DNA of 61,436 bases, filler included, from Pirum gemmata (Eukaryota): assembly GCA_002812295.1 (NCBI GenBank). It is 20 parts of 20 records of this genome, joined end to end, with 100 filler letters (N's around TTAATTAATTAA, not from the genome) between each part and the next. Parts side by side here need not be neighbours in the genome. Positions count along the whole stretch, not along the records: positions 21,496 to 24,488 come from PDIN01003897.1; positions 24,589 to 27,580 come from PDIN01003898.1; positions 27,681 to 30,619 come from PDIN01003899.1; positions 30,720 to 33,413 come from PDIN01003900.1; positions 33,514 to 37,075 come from PDIN01003901.1; 15 more parts are not named here. One strand, written 5' to 3'. The first letter of the stretch is position 1. Every line of letters begins with the position of its first letter. The position numbers were made by a program, and so were the translations under genes. The notes under the pieces were generated by a model. It was given only the letters and a program-made list of their open reading frames with translations, ran no database searches and was not told where the DNA came from. Positions 23,683 through 36,237 of this stretch are shown piece after piece.

Positions 23683-25266
23683 GTTGTTGGTCCTTTTTTG
23701 AAAAAAATTAACACTGGAAGGAAAATGAGTTTGATCGAAACTCCCTTATGAGCAACTTTACAATGATCATTAACTCGAACATTCGATCACATGTTTGAAC
23801 ATTTTTAAAATATGTTCGAAACTTGTGTTCGATTTTCGAAGATAAGCAGTTTAATATGTTTGAAAGTTTCGAATAAATTAATTATGATAGTATTTATACT
23901 GTGCACCACATGACTACCACATGACATGATACAAGTATTGACTGAAAAAAATGGCTGAGAAAAAAATGGGCTACACTAGCTGCTACACTAACTAGCTAGC
24001 TACAGTAGCTACGATAGCTAATATCGTATTTTACAATAAAATAGGGGATCAAATAATACATACGTCTTGTCAAGGGGTAGGTAGCTAGGGGTAGGTAGGT
24101 AGGTGGTATTTGACCGGAAATTAACGTCGAGGAGTAGGTAGGTAGGGGGTATTTGAGGCTGTATTTGACAGAAATAGTCTATCATATATGATACCGGTAA
24201 TATAATAATATCATATACCTATACCTATATCCCTCAGCAATATATCCAGTCTATCATAACATTTCTCCTCTCAATCTTTAATTTGGTTCATAAAATACAA
24301 CATTAAATATAAAATACCAATTTAATTATTAAAAACATGTCAACTGTAATGATAAACTATGTATGATATAAGTATGATAAGTGTATGATAGCTATAGTGC
24401 TTTTCATTTATTTTGTCACTCCGAATATTTATTTGGTTGTTTATAATATTTGAATTGATACTTTTAAATAAACATATATATATAATAANNNNNNNNNNNN
24501 NNNNNNNNNNNNNNNNNNNNNNNNNNNNNNNNTTAATTAATTAANNNNNNNNNNNNNNNNNNNNNNNNNNNNNNNNNNNNNNNNNNNNTATCGATAAAAA
24601 AGATAAAAATTTAATTTGTTAGAAATTATGTTAGGAAATTTATAATTGTACAAATAAAATTATATTTTTATTATTGATTAATAATTTGTTGAAAATTAGG
24701 ATCGAGCTGTTTGATTCGATTCTGTTTTTCCGTATCTCTCTGAGTTCGAAAATGGATACCAGGGGTTATCCAAATAGTTTGGTTTCAAGGAAGTGAATGG
24801 TTGATTTTTTATATGTGTGGTTAAAAATTAACAAGATTAATTTAATTTGTCAACTAATAAAGATTTATTATTATATTACATTATAATTAATATTAATAAT
24901 CAATAATAATAATTTATAATTTTATAATTTTTTATAATAAGATTATTATTTTTTTACTTATGATAATATTAATATATATAAGTTTGTTTTTTTTGAAATT
25001 GAGAAAAAAAGGGAGAAAAAAGAAGAATCACAAAAAATCAATAAATTAAAAAACATTAATACTTATTTCATTATATATATAGGCATGTATTAATAACTTT
25101 AAATTATTTATACGCGGAGTAAATAATTTAATAATATATAACAAACACTAATACTTATTCCATTATATAATTATGTATCTTTAAATCATATATACGCGGA
25201 GTAAATAATCTTTTAATAAATATAACATTTCTTAAATACTTCAACGTTTTTATTGTATTTAATATG

Positions 25267-27549
25267 TTAAAAGAGTTGATAAAAAGCATAATTTTGAAAA
25301 AAACAATCAACGTAATGATCAAGAAGAATAGTTGCAGAGCTCGAGGTTAATTTGTTTGAATTCGAACTCATTTTCACGCCTAAACCAGCATTTGTGTGTG
25401 AAAAGCTTAATTTGTCTTTTTTCGAAATTGTTGTAGAGCTCGAGGTCAATTTATCTGAATTCAAAATTATTGCAGAGCTCGAGGTTACTTTGTCTGAATT
25501 CGAATTCATTTTTACGTCCAGATCTTGATCATCTTTTGTGTGTGCGAAACTTATTTTGTCTGAATTCGATATTGTTGTAGAGCTCGAGGTTAATTTATCT
25601 GAATTCAAACTTATTGCAGAGCTCGAGGTTACTGTGCCTGATTTCGAATTCATTTTTACGCCCAGACCAGCATTTGTGCGTACAAAGGTTAATTTGCCTG
25701 TTTTCGAAATTGTTGTAGAACTCGAGGTTAATTTATCTGAATTCAAAATTATTGCAGAGCTCGAGGTTACTTTGTCTGAATTCGAATTCATTTTTACGCC
25801 CAGACCAGCATTTGTGCGTACAAAGATTAATTTGCCTGTTTTAGAAATTGTTGTAGAGCTCGAGGTTAATTTATCTGAGTTCAAAATTATTGCAGAGCTT
25901 GAGGTTACTTTGTCTGAATTCGAATTCATTTTTACGTCCAGATCTTGATCATCATTTGTGTGTGCTAAACTTATTTTGTCTGAATTCGATATTGTTGTAG
26001 AGCTCAAGGTTAATATGTCTGAATTCAAACTTGTTGCAGAGCTCAAGGTTAATATGTCTGAATTCAAACTTGTTGCAGAGCTCGAGCTCGAGGTCAATTT
26101 ATCTGAATTCAAAATTATTGCAGAGCTCGAGGTTACTTTGTCTGAATTCGAATTCAGTTTTACGTCTAGACCTTGATCATCGTTTGTTTGTGCGAAACTT
26201 ACTTTGTCTGAATTCGATAATGTTTTAGAGCTCGAGGTTAATATGTCTGAATCCAAACTTGTTGCAGAGCTCGAGGTTACTTTGCCTGAATGCGAATTCA
26301 TTTTTATGTTTACATCTTGATCATCGTTTGTGTGTGTGGAACTTATTTTGTCTGAATTCGATATTGTTGTAGAGCTCGAAGTTAATATGTCTGCATTCAA
26401 ACTTGTTGCAGAGCTCGAGGTTACTTTGTCTGAATTCGAATTCATTTTTACGTCCAGAACTTGATCATCGTTTGTGTGTGCGAAATTTACTTTGTCTGAA
26501 TTCGATATTGTTGTAGAGCTCGAGGTTAATATGTCTGAATTCAAACTTGTTGCAGAGCTCGAGGTTACTTTGCCTGAATGCGAATTCATTTTTAAGTTTA
26601 CATCTTGATCATCGTTTGTGTGTGTGGAACTTATTTTGTCTGAATTCGATATTGTTGTAGAGCTCGAGGTTAATATGCATATGTCTGAATTCAAACTTGT
26701 TGCAGAGCTCGAGGTAACTTTGTCTGAATTCGAATTCATTTTTACATCCAGATCTTGATCATCGTTAACGTTTGTGTGTGCCAAACTTATTTTGTCTGAA
26801 TTCGATATTGTTGAAGAGCTCGAGGTTAATTTATCTGAATTCAAACTTGTTGCAGAGGTCGAGGTTAGTTTGTCTGAATTCGAATTCATTTTTACGCCTA
26901 GAGCAGCAACTGTGTGTGCAAAGCTCAATTTGTCTGTATTCGAAATTGTTGTAGAGCTCGAGGTTAATTTATCCGAATTCAAAATTATTGCAATGTCTGA
27001 ATCTGAATTTGAATTCATTTTGTCTGAATTCGAATTCATTTTTACCTCCAGATTTTGAGCATCGTTTGTATGTGCCACGCTTAATTTGTCCAGATTAGCG
27101 TCAACTTTGTTGTATGTTTTTGTAGAGCTCGAAATTAACTTATCTGAATTCGAATTCATTTTTACGCCCAAATCAACGTTTGCGTGTGGGAAACTTAATG
27201 TGTCTGTATTCGAAAGTGTGTTAGAGCTCGAGGTTAATTTGTCGCTTAATTTGAATGTATTCGAAAGTGCTGGGGAGCTCGAGGATAATTTGTTTGAAAT
27301 TGTTGCAGAGCTTGAGGTTATTTTTTTTGAATTTGAAATTGTTAATTTAGACATTCCAGTTGTAATGGCTTCCATGTAGCTATAGTGCTGTGTTAGTTTG
27401 TTTGATTTTGAGATTGTTAATTTAGACATTCCAGTCATAATGACTTCCATATAGTAGTCTGTTAATTTGTTTGATTTCGAGATTGCTAATTTAGACATTC
27501 CAGCCACAATGACTTCCACGTAGTCGACGCCATTTTCGATTTTAAACAT
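25267..27549 (-). CDS. 760-aa Ser/Thr/Asn-rich tandem-repeat protein of unknown function (coding minisatellite)
   Basis: aaaacaATG start; 2.28 kb stop-free frame in a very AT-rich genome. Three ~21-aa N-terminal repeats (..GMSKL.IS) are followed by 13-14-aa subunits in ~47-aa higher-order units (DQDLDVKMNSNSDKVTSSSA..LNSD.LTSSSTTISNSDKISFAHTND). Unit indels preserve frame. Confidence 0.7.
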   Translation of the reverse strand: MFKIENGVDYVEVIVAGMSKLAISKSNKLTDYYMEVIMTGMSKLTISKSNKLTQHYSYMEAITTGMSKLTISNSKKITSSSATISNKLSSSSPALSNTFKLSDKLTSSSNTLSNTDTLSFPHANVDLGVKMNSNSDKLISSSTKTYNKVDANLDKLSVAHTNDAQNLEVKMNSNSDKMNSNSDSDIAIILNSDKLTSSSTTISNTDKLSFAHTVAALGVKMNSNSDKLTSTSATSLNSDKLTSSSSTISNSDKISLAHTNVNDDQDLDVKMNSNSDKVTSSSATSLNSDICILTSSSTTISNSDKISSTHTNDDQDVNLKMNSHSGKVTSSSATSLNSDILTSSSTTISNSDKVNFAHTNDDQVLDVKMNSNSDKVTSSSATSLNADILTSSSTTISNSDKISSTHTNDDQDVNIKMNSHSGKVTSSSATSLDSDILTSSSKTLSNSDKVSFAQTNDDQGLDVKLNSNSDKVTSSSAIILNSDKLTSSSSSATSLNSDILTLSSATSLNSDILTLSSTTISNSDKISLAHTNDDQDLDVKMNSNSDKVTSSSAIILNSDKLTSSSTTISKTGKLIFVRTNAGLGVKMNSNSDKVTSSSAIILNSDKLTSSSTTISKTGKLTFVRTNAGLGVKMNSKSGTVTSSSAISLNSDKLTSSSTTISNSDKISFAHTKDDQDLDVKMNSNSDKVTSSSAIILNSDKLTSSSTTISKKDKLSFSHTNAGLGVKMSSNSNKLTSSSATILLDHYVDCFFQNYAFYQLF

Positions 27550-28487
27550 TGTTTTTTTATTATATATTATATTATTATTANNNNNNNNNNNNNNNNNNNN
27601 NNNNNNNNNNNNNNNNNNNNNNNNTTAATTAATTAANNNNNNNNNNNNNNNNNNNNNNNNNNNNNNNNNNNNNNNNNNNNAATAAATAAAATAGATAAAA
27701 TAGATAAAATAAATAAAATAAATAAAATAAATAAAATAAATAAAATAAATAAAATATAGACCTATTTGTAGTATCTACTGGTAGATTCTAGACTACTACT
27801 ACACTAGCTAGACTACTACACCTAAAATTTCAGAGAAATAATATACCAAAAAAATAGGGAGCACAAAAAAAATTTGTATCTAAAAATTTTACCCTCTTCA
27901 ATGTACAGCTAAAATGACTGCCTCAAACACATTTTATATTTTATACACTACACTGTACTAACTACACTGTATATTTGCTTACATATTGTTGGATGTACAA
28001 AGTGAAATAGTAAAGATTATAGGAAATTATGAGCCGAATCGAATGATATCAATAATGCTATAGGTTTTATTCTAATTTTATGAATTTTTAGCACATTTTA
28101 TATCAGAAAAATTAAAAAAAGTTGCTCAATTTTATTTAACGAAAGTTGGTACAATTAATAGTAACAACATAACCAATAACACCTGAAAATTCAATCGAAA
28201 ATAAAGCATTTCCTCAAAATAAGTTTTCGAGTATCAACACAAAATTTCCGAAAAAAAGTAAGGGAGCTACCATTTCCTTTTTTTAATCAAGTTTTGGGGC
28301 CAAAGTCTGTCCTTATATTTATCAGTTTATTATTAAACTATTATTAATATAATCATGTTTATTTTTCGTTTCGTTTATTTTTTTAAAAACTGTAATTTTT
28401 TTAACATTCTCAATTCACAACGGTTTTGGTTTTGTTATTACTACACTTATATAGTCTGATATTGGGATTGGCAATAGTTCTGTTCTT

Positions 28488-29210
28488 GTTATTGTTATTG
28501 TTATTGTTATTGTTATTGTTATTGTTATTGTTATTGTTATTGTTATTGTTATTGTTATTGTTATTGTTATTGTTATTGTTTTTGTTATTGTTAACGTTAT
28601 TATTGTTATTATTATTCTTTCTATTTTTTGTATTATTATTATTTTAAATTATTCTTTGTATTTTTTTTAGTACCCGCCATTATTGTTATTGTTATTGTTA
28701 TTGTTATTGTTATTGTTATTANTTATATTATATAATTATATATAATTATATTGTTATTAATATTGTTATTGTTATTGTTATTAATATTGTTATTGTTGTT
28801 ATTGTTATTGTTATTGTTATTGTTATTAATTGTTATTAATATTGTTATTGTTATTGTTATTAATTGTTATTAATTGTTATTAATTAATATTGTTATTGTG
28901 ATTGTGATTGTTATAGTTTGTTATTGTTATTGTTATTGTTATTGTTATTGTTATTGTTATTGTTATTGTTATTGTTATTGTTATTGTTATTGTTATTGTT
29001 ATTGTTATTAATTGTTATTAATATTGTTATTGTTATTGTTATTAATTGTTATTAATTGTTATTAATTAATATTGTTATTGTTATTGTGATTGCTATAGTT
29101 TGTTATTGTTATTGTTATTGTTATTGTTATATTGTTATTGTTATTGTTTGTTATTGTTATTGTTATTGTTATTGTTATTGTTATATTGGTGTTATTGTTA
29201 TTGTTATTGT
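28488..29210 (+). repeat. (GTTATT)n microsatellite block
   Basis: Directly visible; a similar block lies at 42150-42450. Confidence 0.95.
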
Positions 29211-29984
29211 CATTGTTAATGTTAATTAATGTTATTTATAAAATAAAGACTTCAAAGTTTGATTTCTTTCAAAAAATTAATACAAAGAGCAGTATCAATA
29301 GTTACTTCATAGTCTATTACTGTATTTTATTTGCATATCATTACTCTGTCAATGATGTATACACACCATACGGTTCTTATTACATGAATTAGAATATTTT
29401 AATTAAAATTAACTTTTTTTCTTTTTTTTTTTTTTTTCCTGCACTATTAAAGCAGTTTTTATCTTTGCCGTAGAACTCTTTAGAAACCATAAAAATATAC
29501 TTGTACACTCTAGTACAGAATTTTAAGAATCTATTATACTACTACCATCATACTAGAAAGAATCTATCATACAAAGTTTCTCAAAGGGCTCTTTAAATTA
29601 ATAGTTAGTACAACTGTTAATTAATACGTACTAGAGTGTACTAGACTACTAGAGCTAGCTCTAGCTAGACAGAGGGCTCTACAAACCGAATCACACCAAA
29701 TTGGGGGGGGGGGGTATCTCGGACACTTCTCGGCCCTATTTTTTTTAAAAAACTATTAAAGTGTGGTGTGGAACAGCTTGTGGTACAGTGAAACTGTGGA
29801 ACTGTGGAAGTGGATAAATTTTTTCCACACGGTAATATTACCTTTTAAACGAACGTGCGACGTCATGATTCATGAAGTTCTTGTGAATGTTCAAATTTAG
29901 GAATGTGGATAGACGTACTATAGACGTACCCAATAGACAGTGCGAACAATGAAAAAGGCTTGCTATTAATAGTTCTTGCAATAA

Positions 29985-30545
29985 TTATTTTTTAATTTTA
30001 AAAAAGGGAATGCAACCGGGAATGCCAACACTGCCCACTTTAACTCCACTTTAGTTTCCACCTTGCTTTTTTCTATTTTACATTCCTTTCTTTTGGAAGA
30101 AGTAGTGATGAAGGTTGAAACTTGAAAGCACTATCCGCACAACCGTTTCATAAATTTTGCTCTATAATGATACAAATTTACAGAAAAGATTATTTTGATT
30201 GGAAATTAGGGAATATTGAAGTTGCGGAACAAGTAGTGAAAGGTTATAGCTTTTTAGGGTGGTCTGTACTGTTAGCCTACTGTTAGGCTGTTTAGATTAT
30301 ATGCATTGGTATTGGAAGAATTGCCCAAAGCATTCGGTTATGTGGGTGCTCTAAACGATTTTTAAATATATTTTAGATAGCAGTTCCTTTGTTTCTGAAG
30401 TTGAGAGAGGTAACCTAGCGCAATTCGGGTATTTTATCGATGGCATGAAAATTTAATTCGCAACTCCTTATTTCTTGGTTGACGGAATGTACCATATTCA
30501 TAAATACTATATAATTATAAGTAATCCAGGCACACCGAAAGATAC
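29985..30545 (+). pseudogene. Decayed PIF/Harbinger DDE transposase (Plant_tran-like)
   Basis: Ordered motifs across frameshifts: KGNATG; ESTIRT..FHKFC; LLGCLDYMHWYWKNCPK (cf. GSLDCMHWEWKNCP); FGYVGALND..ILDSS (cf. FG.PGS.NDINVLD.S); PYFLVDGMY (cf. YYLADGIYP); ISNP. The segment between CPK and FG is deleted. Confidence 0.85.
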
Positions 30546-30568
30546 ACAACAACAGCAGCAGCAGCAGA

Positions 30569-30602
<34 letters not shown>

Positions 30603-31392
30603 AATAATAATAATAATAANNNNNNNNNNNNNNNNNNNNNNNNNNNNNNNNNNNNNNNNNNNNTTAATTAATTAANNNNNNNNNNNNNNNNNNNNNNNNN
30701 NNNNNNNNNNNNNNNNNNNCTCTTGTATAAACTATAGCTAGGTATATAGTAGTATGCAGTGGTGACTAGATTGTTTTTTAAAAATTATGATTATTATTAT
30801 AACTATATATGACATAGTTTCATAGATACATACAGGTTTGTGTAGGTTTATTAATAACAAACTATTTTTTAAAAACAATATCGAAAATTATTTGAATCTA
30901 CAAATTTTAATTTGTGTCCAAAACAAAGAACTGAAGTATTGACACTCTTTAATATCAAATATTTTTTTATTTTTCTTTTTGGCAAAGTTTTGTTATTTTA
31001 TTATTATTATTTTTTTTATGCATATTATAATATTATAATAATGTATCATAGAAAAAAAAAATAATAACTCGTCCATGGATATTTATATTATTATTACATT
31101 ATTATTATTATTATTATTTTTAAATAAACTAGTTATAGCCGAAATTTTCTTTTCTAAAAACTTTAATGATAATTAATCAAATTATTTTTAAAAACTGGCC
31201 ATTGGTTCATAATAGAATTTTCTTAGTTAAACAATTTCTTAAATTTTGGTAGTACTTTCAGTAAAATTGGAGCATTTTGAGAGTTTTTGGATTTTTAAGC
31301 TCAAAGTCTTTCATACAGCGGAGGAAGGAGCTGTAAAAAAAAAAAAAAAAAAAAAAATTAAATTTGGCCATGCTCAAAATTTCAAACTTCAA

Positions 31393-31522
31393 GTTCAAAT
31401 AATACGCCACGTCAAGGGGTAGGTAGGTAGGCTGTTTTTGACTGGAAATTAATGACAAAGGGTAGTTAGGTAGGTGTATTTGAAGCTGTATTTGACCGGA
31501 AATTGGCGTTACGTAGTATCCC
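31393..31522 (+). mobile_element. Harbinger-like MITE family C (GGGAGCGTTCAAAT..., GGTAGGTAGG-rich interior)
   Basis: Copies at ~24044-24175, 31393-31522, 40332-40437, 57936-58061 and 58925-59055. Left end shared with the Harbinger MITE TIR; right TIR eroded after GGCGTTACGTAGT. Confidence 0.78.
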
Positions 31523-32118
31523 AAACTTTAGTTAAAAAAAGACTAAAAAAAGTCAGAATTTAATCATCAAAATAGTTATCAAAATCTCAAAATCAGGATC
31601 ACAAAACTTTGTAAACCAGACTGTAAACCAATCATAGTAGCTTTTAAGGTGCGCACCAGAATATCAAAAGTTAGAAAAATAGCCAAAAAAAGATATTACA
31701 TCCCCAAATTTAACTCAAAACCAATTTTTTTTTATTTTTATTTTTTTATTTTTTTTTTATAGACTATCTATAATAATATAATTATCGTGCTTTTCATTTA
31801 TTTGGAGGGTTAAAATATTTAAACTGACATTTTTAAATCAATACACAGATAATAAAACATACCAAATTAAATTAAATGGTTTTATATTGTATTAATTTGG
31901 TACTATTTTTTGTATATGTTTTGATGACAAAACAACTTAAAAAAAAAAGCACCTAGTTAAAAAAAAGCACTAGTCTATCTGTGTCTCGAATGCAAATTTG
32001 GCCGCATTTATTTGAATATATTTTAAATAATTTTTATCGAACAAGTACATTTCGAATCTGGGTTAGGGTTAGGTTATGGACTGTTATAGTCTTATAGACT
32101 TTTTTATGGGTCTTTAAA

Positions 32119-32208
32119 ACCATACTTGAATTTGACGTCACAGCTACTAATTAATTTTTTTCGTGGTCAGGATTACATCCCACTGTGGGACCTAAATTCA
32201 AGTATGGT
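32119..32208. mobile_element. 90-bp inverted-repeat element
   Basis: 15-bp perfect IR ACCATACTTGAATTT/AAATTCAAGTATGGT, extending imperfectly to ~25 bp. Confidence 0.5.
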
Positions 32209-32437
32209 AAAGCCTCCAATTTGTTGTCTGAATGTATAAACTTGATTTATCTTTTAAAAAATTNAGTACATTTCGAATAGTTTGTAGTATTTTAATAATC
32301 GTTTTGTATTGTTGTAGTAGTTGTTGCTGTTGTTAGTTTTACTTGAGACCAGCAGTGAAAACATAATCGAATCAAACTACTCGATCGCTATTAATAAATG
32401 GTGACAATTTTTCGAAAATTTGTTTTTTTTTTCGAGT

Positions 32438-33413
32438 TTCGAATTTTCTATATATTACAATGTATAATAATGTAATAAAGCTCGAATGGAAAATTAATTC
32501 CATTTTTTTGAATATATTTTTTATCGAACAAGTTTTAATATTTTAGTACACTTCGAATATATTCAGTTAATACTAATTTAATAAAGCTCGAAAGGAAATC
32601 GGTCTATGATCAAGCCATTTTTTTTTTTCGAATTAGTTGGAATATCTTGGTAAATTTGTATACAATTTTAATAACAATATAATAAAGAATAACTGGAAAC
32701 CCAGCCATTTTTTAGAAAAATTTAATGTTATCGTGCTTTTCGGTTATTTTGTCGTCATAAAATATACAATAAATAGTACCAAATTAATACAATATAGATC
32801 CATTTCATTTAATAGCACGATATATTAATTTCGAATATTAATATTATATTACAATGTATAATGTAATAAAGCTCGAATGAAAAATTGGTACCATTTTTTT
32901 GAATATATTTCTTTTACATTTCGAATATATTCAGTTAATACTTATTAAAAAGGAAATCGGTCTATGATCAAACCACTTTTTTTCCAATAAAGTTGGAATG
33001 CCTTTTAGCACATTTGTATACAATTAGTCTATAGTGCTTTTCAGTTGTTTTGTCATCATAAAATATATAATAAATAGTACCAAATTTACTACAATATAAA
33101 TTCATTTGATTTAATTTGGTATATTTTATTATCTGTGTATTGATTTAAAAATGCCAATTTAAAGATTATAACCCTCCAAATAAATATTAAGAGTGACAAA
33201 CTAAATGAAAAGCACGATAATAACAATATAATAAAGCTTAGCTGGAAATCAAGCCATTTTTTTGAAAATCTGATATTTTTTAAAAAATTACTATTCGAAT
33301 TTATATTACGATGTATAACAATGTAATAAAGCTCGAATGGAAAATTGGTCCCATTTTTTTGAATATATATCTTGTACATTTCGAATATATTCAGTTAATA
33401 CTAATTTAATAAT
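32438..33413 (+). repeat. Tandem ~300-bp repeat (3 copies) carrying MITE A insertions
   Basis: Anchor aatgtaataaagctcgaatg at ~32470, 32860 and 33320. MITE A at 33034-33215 interrupts copy 2 at a site that is empty in copy 1 (32669). Confidence 0.8.
33034..33215 (-). mobile_element. MITE family A copy with a paralogous empty site indicating a TA target
   Basis: Filled: caatTAgtcTA-tagtgc...gcacga-TAataacaatat. Empty (32661-32680): caatttTAataacaatat. Confidence 0.85.
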
Positions 33414-33541
33414 NNNNNNNNNNNNNNNNNNNNNNNNNNNNNNNNNNNNNNNNNNNNTTAATTAATTAANNNNNNNNNNNNNNNNNNNNNNNNNNNNNNN
33501 NNNNNNNNNNNNNTTTTTTTGTGATATTTTTATATTTTTTT

Positions 33542-33576
<35 letters not shown>

Positions 33577-35062
33577 TGATATCATATTATGCATATGATA
33601 TAAAACTGTAGAAATCATTTTAGAAATGTTAACTAGCCAAATTATTTTTAAAAACTAACCATTTATTCATAATAGTTAAAAAACTTCTCAATAATTTGGT
33701 AGTACTTTCAATAAAATTGGATTATTTTGAGATTATTTTGGATTTTTGAGCTCATATGGCAGATGTCGCCATTCTTATTCAGCTTGGGTTTGTATTGTTT
33801 GTATTGTTTGTATTGTTTGTATTGTTTGGGAAAATACTGGCGAATATATATACTTATAAAAGGTATAACCCTAACCTAAGCCCTAGTAGCTAGCTAGCTA
33901 GCCTTTTAGAAGCACAAACCCTAACCCTAACCCTAACCCTGTTACCCTAACCCTAACCCTCTCGTAGAGGACTACTCTATTTAGCTAGGCTACTAGATAT
34001 AGACTAACCCTATAAACTAATTACCGGTACAATCCAGCCAGGTGGCCATGCCCTAATTACCTCGCTAATTTTTTTTTTTAAATAATATCATCATTCTAGC
34101 TAGGGTCTGTTTTTCAGTTCAAAAACTGAAATAAACATACCAAATTATCATTATGGTTAAACTATCGGACATTTTTTAATTAATTTGGTAGTTTTTACTT
34201 AATATTGTATTTTATAAACAAGGTCAATTATATACTTAAACAATACCAAATTAAAGATTGACTGCTGTGATTAAAAAATAGATGATAATTATTTATTATC
34301 AGTAGAAAATTATCTAGCTAGTAGCTAGTAGTTCACTACATTTATAATTATTTTTTTTAAACAACCAAACCGGATAAAATTGTAAAAAATATTTTTTTTT
34401 AGACTTCTTTTCTAAAAACTGTTAATACTAACTAACCAAATTGTTTTTAAAAACTAACCATTGGGGTATAATAGAGTTTTCTTAGTTAAACTAAATATTC
34501 TAATTTGGTAGTACTTTTATTTAAATTGGATTGTTTTGATATTTTTTGGATTTTGAGCACATATGGCGGATGTCGCAATTTTTATCCGGCTCGGTAGTTT
34601 TAAAATATAAAAAGCTAAAAAAAACCAAAAATAAAAAAATAATAGTAAGAAATAGTTTTTATGATATAAGCCAGGATATAAAGACCTGAATGTTATAACA
34701 TTATTGATATTATTATATAATCACTGTACATTGTTTTTATCATTATCATTATCATTATCTATCATTATTATCGTTATCGTTATCGTTATCGTCATCGTCA
34801 TCGTTATCGTTATCGTTATCGTTATCGTTATCGTTATCGTTATCGTTATCATTTATCATTTATCATTAATCATTTTATCATTTATCATTTATCATTTATC
34901 ATCTATCATCTATCGTTTATCGTTTATCATTTACCACTTATCATTTAACGTTAACAATACCTTTTTTAGTATAAAATACGTTTATTAATTTATTTTTTGT
35001 AATCCTAGTAATTTTATTATTATCATTTCTTATATAACAAAATATTTCTATTGATATAAAAC

Positions 35063-35291
35063 ATGAAAGATAAAGATCGTGATCACTCTGGTCATGAAAA
35101 TCAGAATGATGAAAAAGAAGTCAATATTGAAATGGACAAAACTAATCCTATTGTTAGTATATATAAAGTGGAAGATGATGTTGAGGTAGTGCCTGAAAAC
35201 ATAGGTGATGTGCCTTTAAAACTAAAACGTAACACTTCCTATTTTTCTTACAATAGCTCCTCTGGCAGTGGAATTGACAAAGAAGAAACAG
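35063..35291 (+). CDS. Probable first exon of an unknown gene (acidic, disordered N-terminus)
   Basis: aaaacATG start; 76 stop-free codons of complex sequence; ACAG|gtttgt donor at 35292 followed by microsatellite-rich, intron-like DNA. Confidence 0.5.
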
Positions 35292-35392
35292 GTTTGTAGA
35301 ATAATAACGATCTTCATTGTCTTTAACATCATCATCGTCGTCAACGTCGTTATTATTATTATTACTATTTATTATTATTATCATTATTATTA

Positions 35393-35436
<44 letters not shown>

Positions 35437-35895
35437 GAAACTGAAAAAAAAATCGACCAATTAGTTACTAGCCTGTTACTAGCTAACAGCTAGCTAGCTA
35501 GCTAGCTAGTAGCTCTATAACCTCTATTTGATAGATAATAAAAATCTTGTTATAAAAAGAATCAAACTTTGGTTTGATTCGGTTTTATTTTTTTCACCTC
35601 AAATATGGAAATTTTTGGGGATTTTGGATCGGGCCAATCGGGCTTTTAATTGGTGGGCCAAAATACTGCTGCCTTTTGGGCAGCTGCCAGCTCAGGCCCA
35701 GCTGGGTAGGCTTAGGCTAGCTAGCCTGCTAGACTAGCTGCTAGCTAGACTCCTGCTAGCTAGCTATGATAGTAGGCTAGGCATTTATCAAAGATTCTAG
35801 TAGGCAAGCTAGCCAGACAAGGGATAGCTAGCTAGCTAGGGCATCATTGAGTGGTTTAATAGGATTTTAGGGCTAGGAATTTTAGGGCATACCAC

Positions 35896-36128
35896 CAGGC
35901 TTCCCCCAATTCTGCTCTTTTTTTTAAAAAAAAAATCGAGTTCTCAAGCCTATTTATTAATAAAATAAGTTCAAAATTTTGAGCTTAAAAAATTATGTAT
36001 TCAAATATATTTATTTATTTATAAACTCGAAAAAAATGGGGAAAATAATTTTCAAACAGAGCTGAATTTTGGACTTTTTTTGGCAGAAATTTGAGTTTTT
36101 GGGGTCGAGCAGGATTGGGAGAGGGCTT
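35896..36128 (+). mobile_element. MITE family D copy
   Basis: CAGGCTTCCCCCAATTCTGCT...AGCAGGATTGGGAGAGGGCTTA; colinear with the 7044 and 10535 copies. Confidence 0.78.
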
Positions 36129-36206
36129 ACATAAAATTCACATAATCACATTCCAGTTTCCTTATTTATATATGATGTTTTTCTAGTGATATTTTTATAT
36201 ATTTTT

Positions 36207-36237
<31 letters not shown>

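Noticed and set aside
25538..27379. Plus-strand ORFs (VELEVNLSEF repeats)
   Set aside because: Antisense shadows of the 760-aa minus-strand repeat ORF, interrupted by stops.
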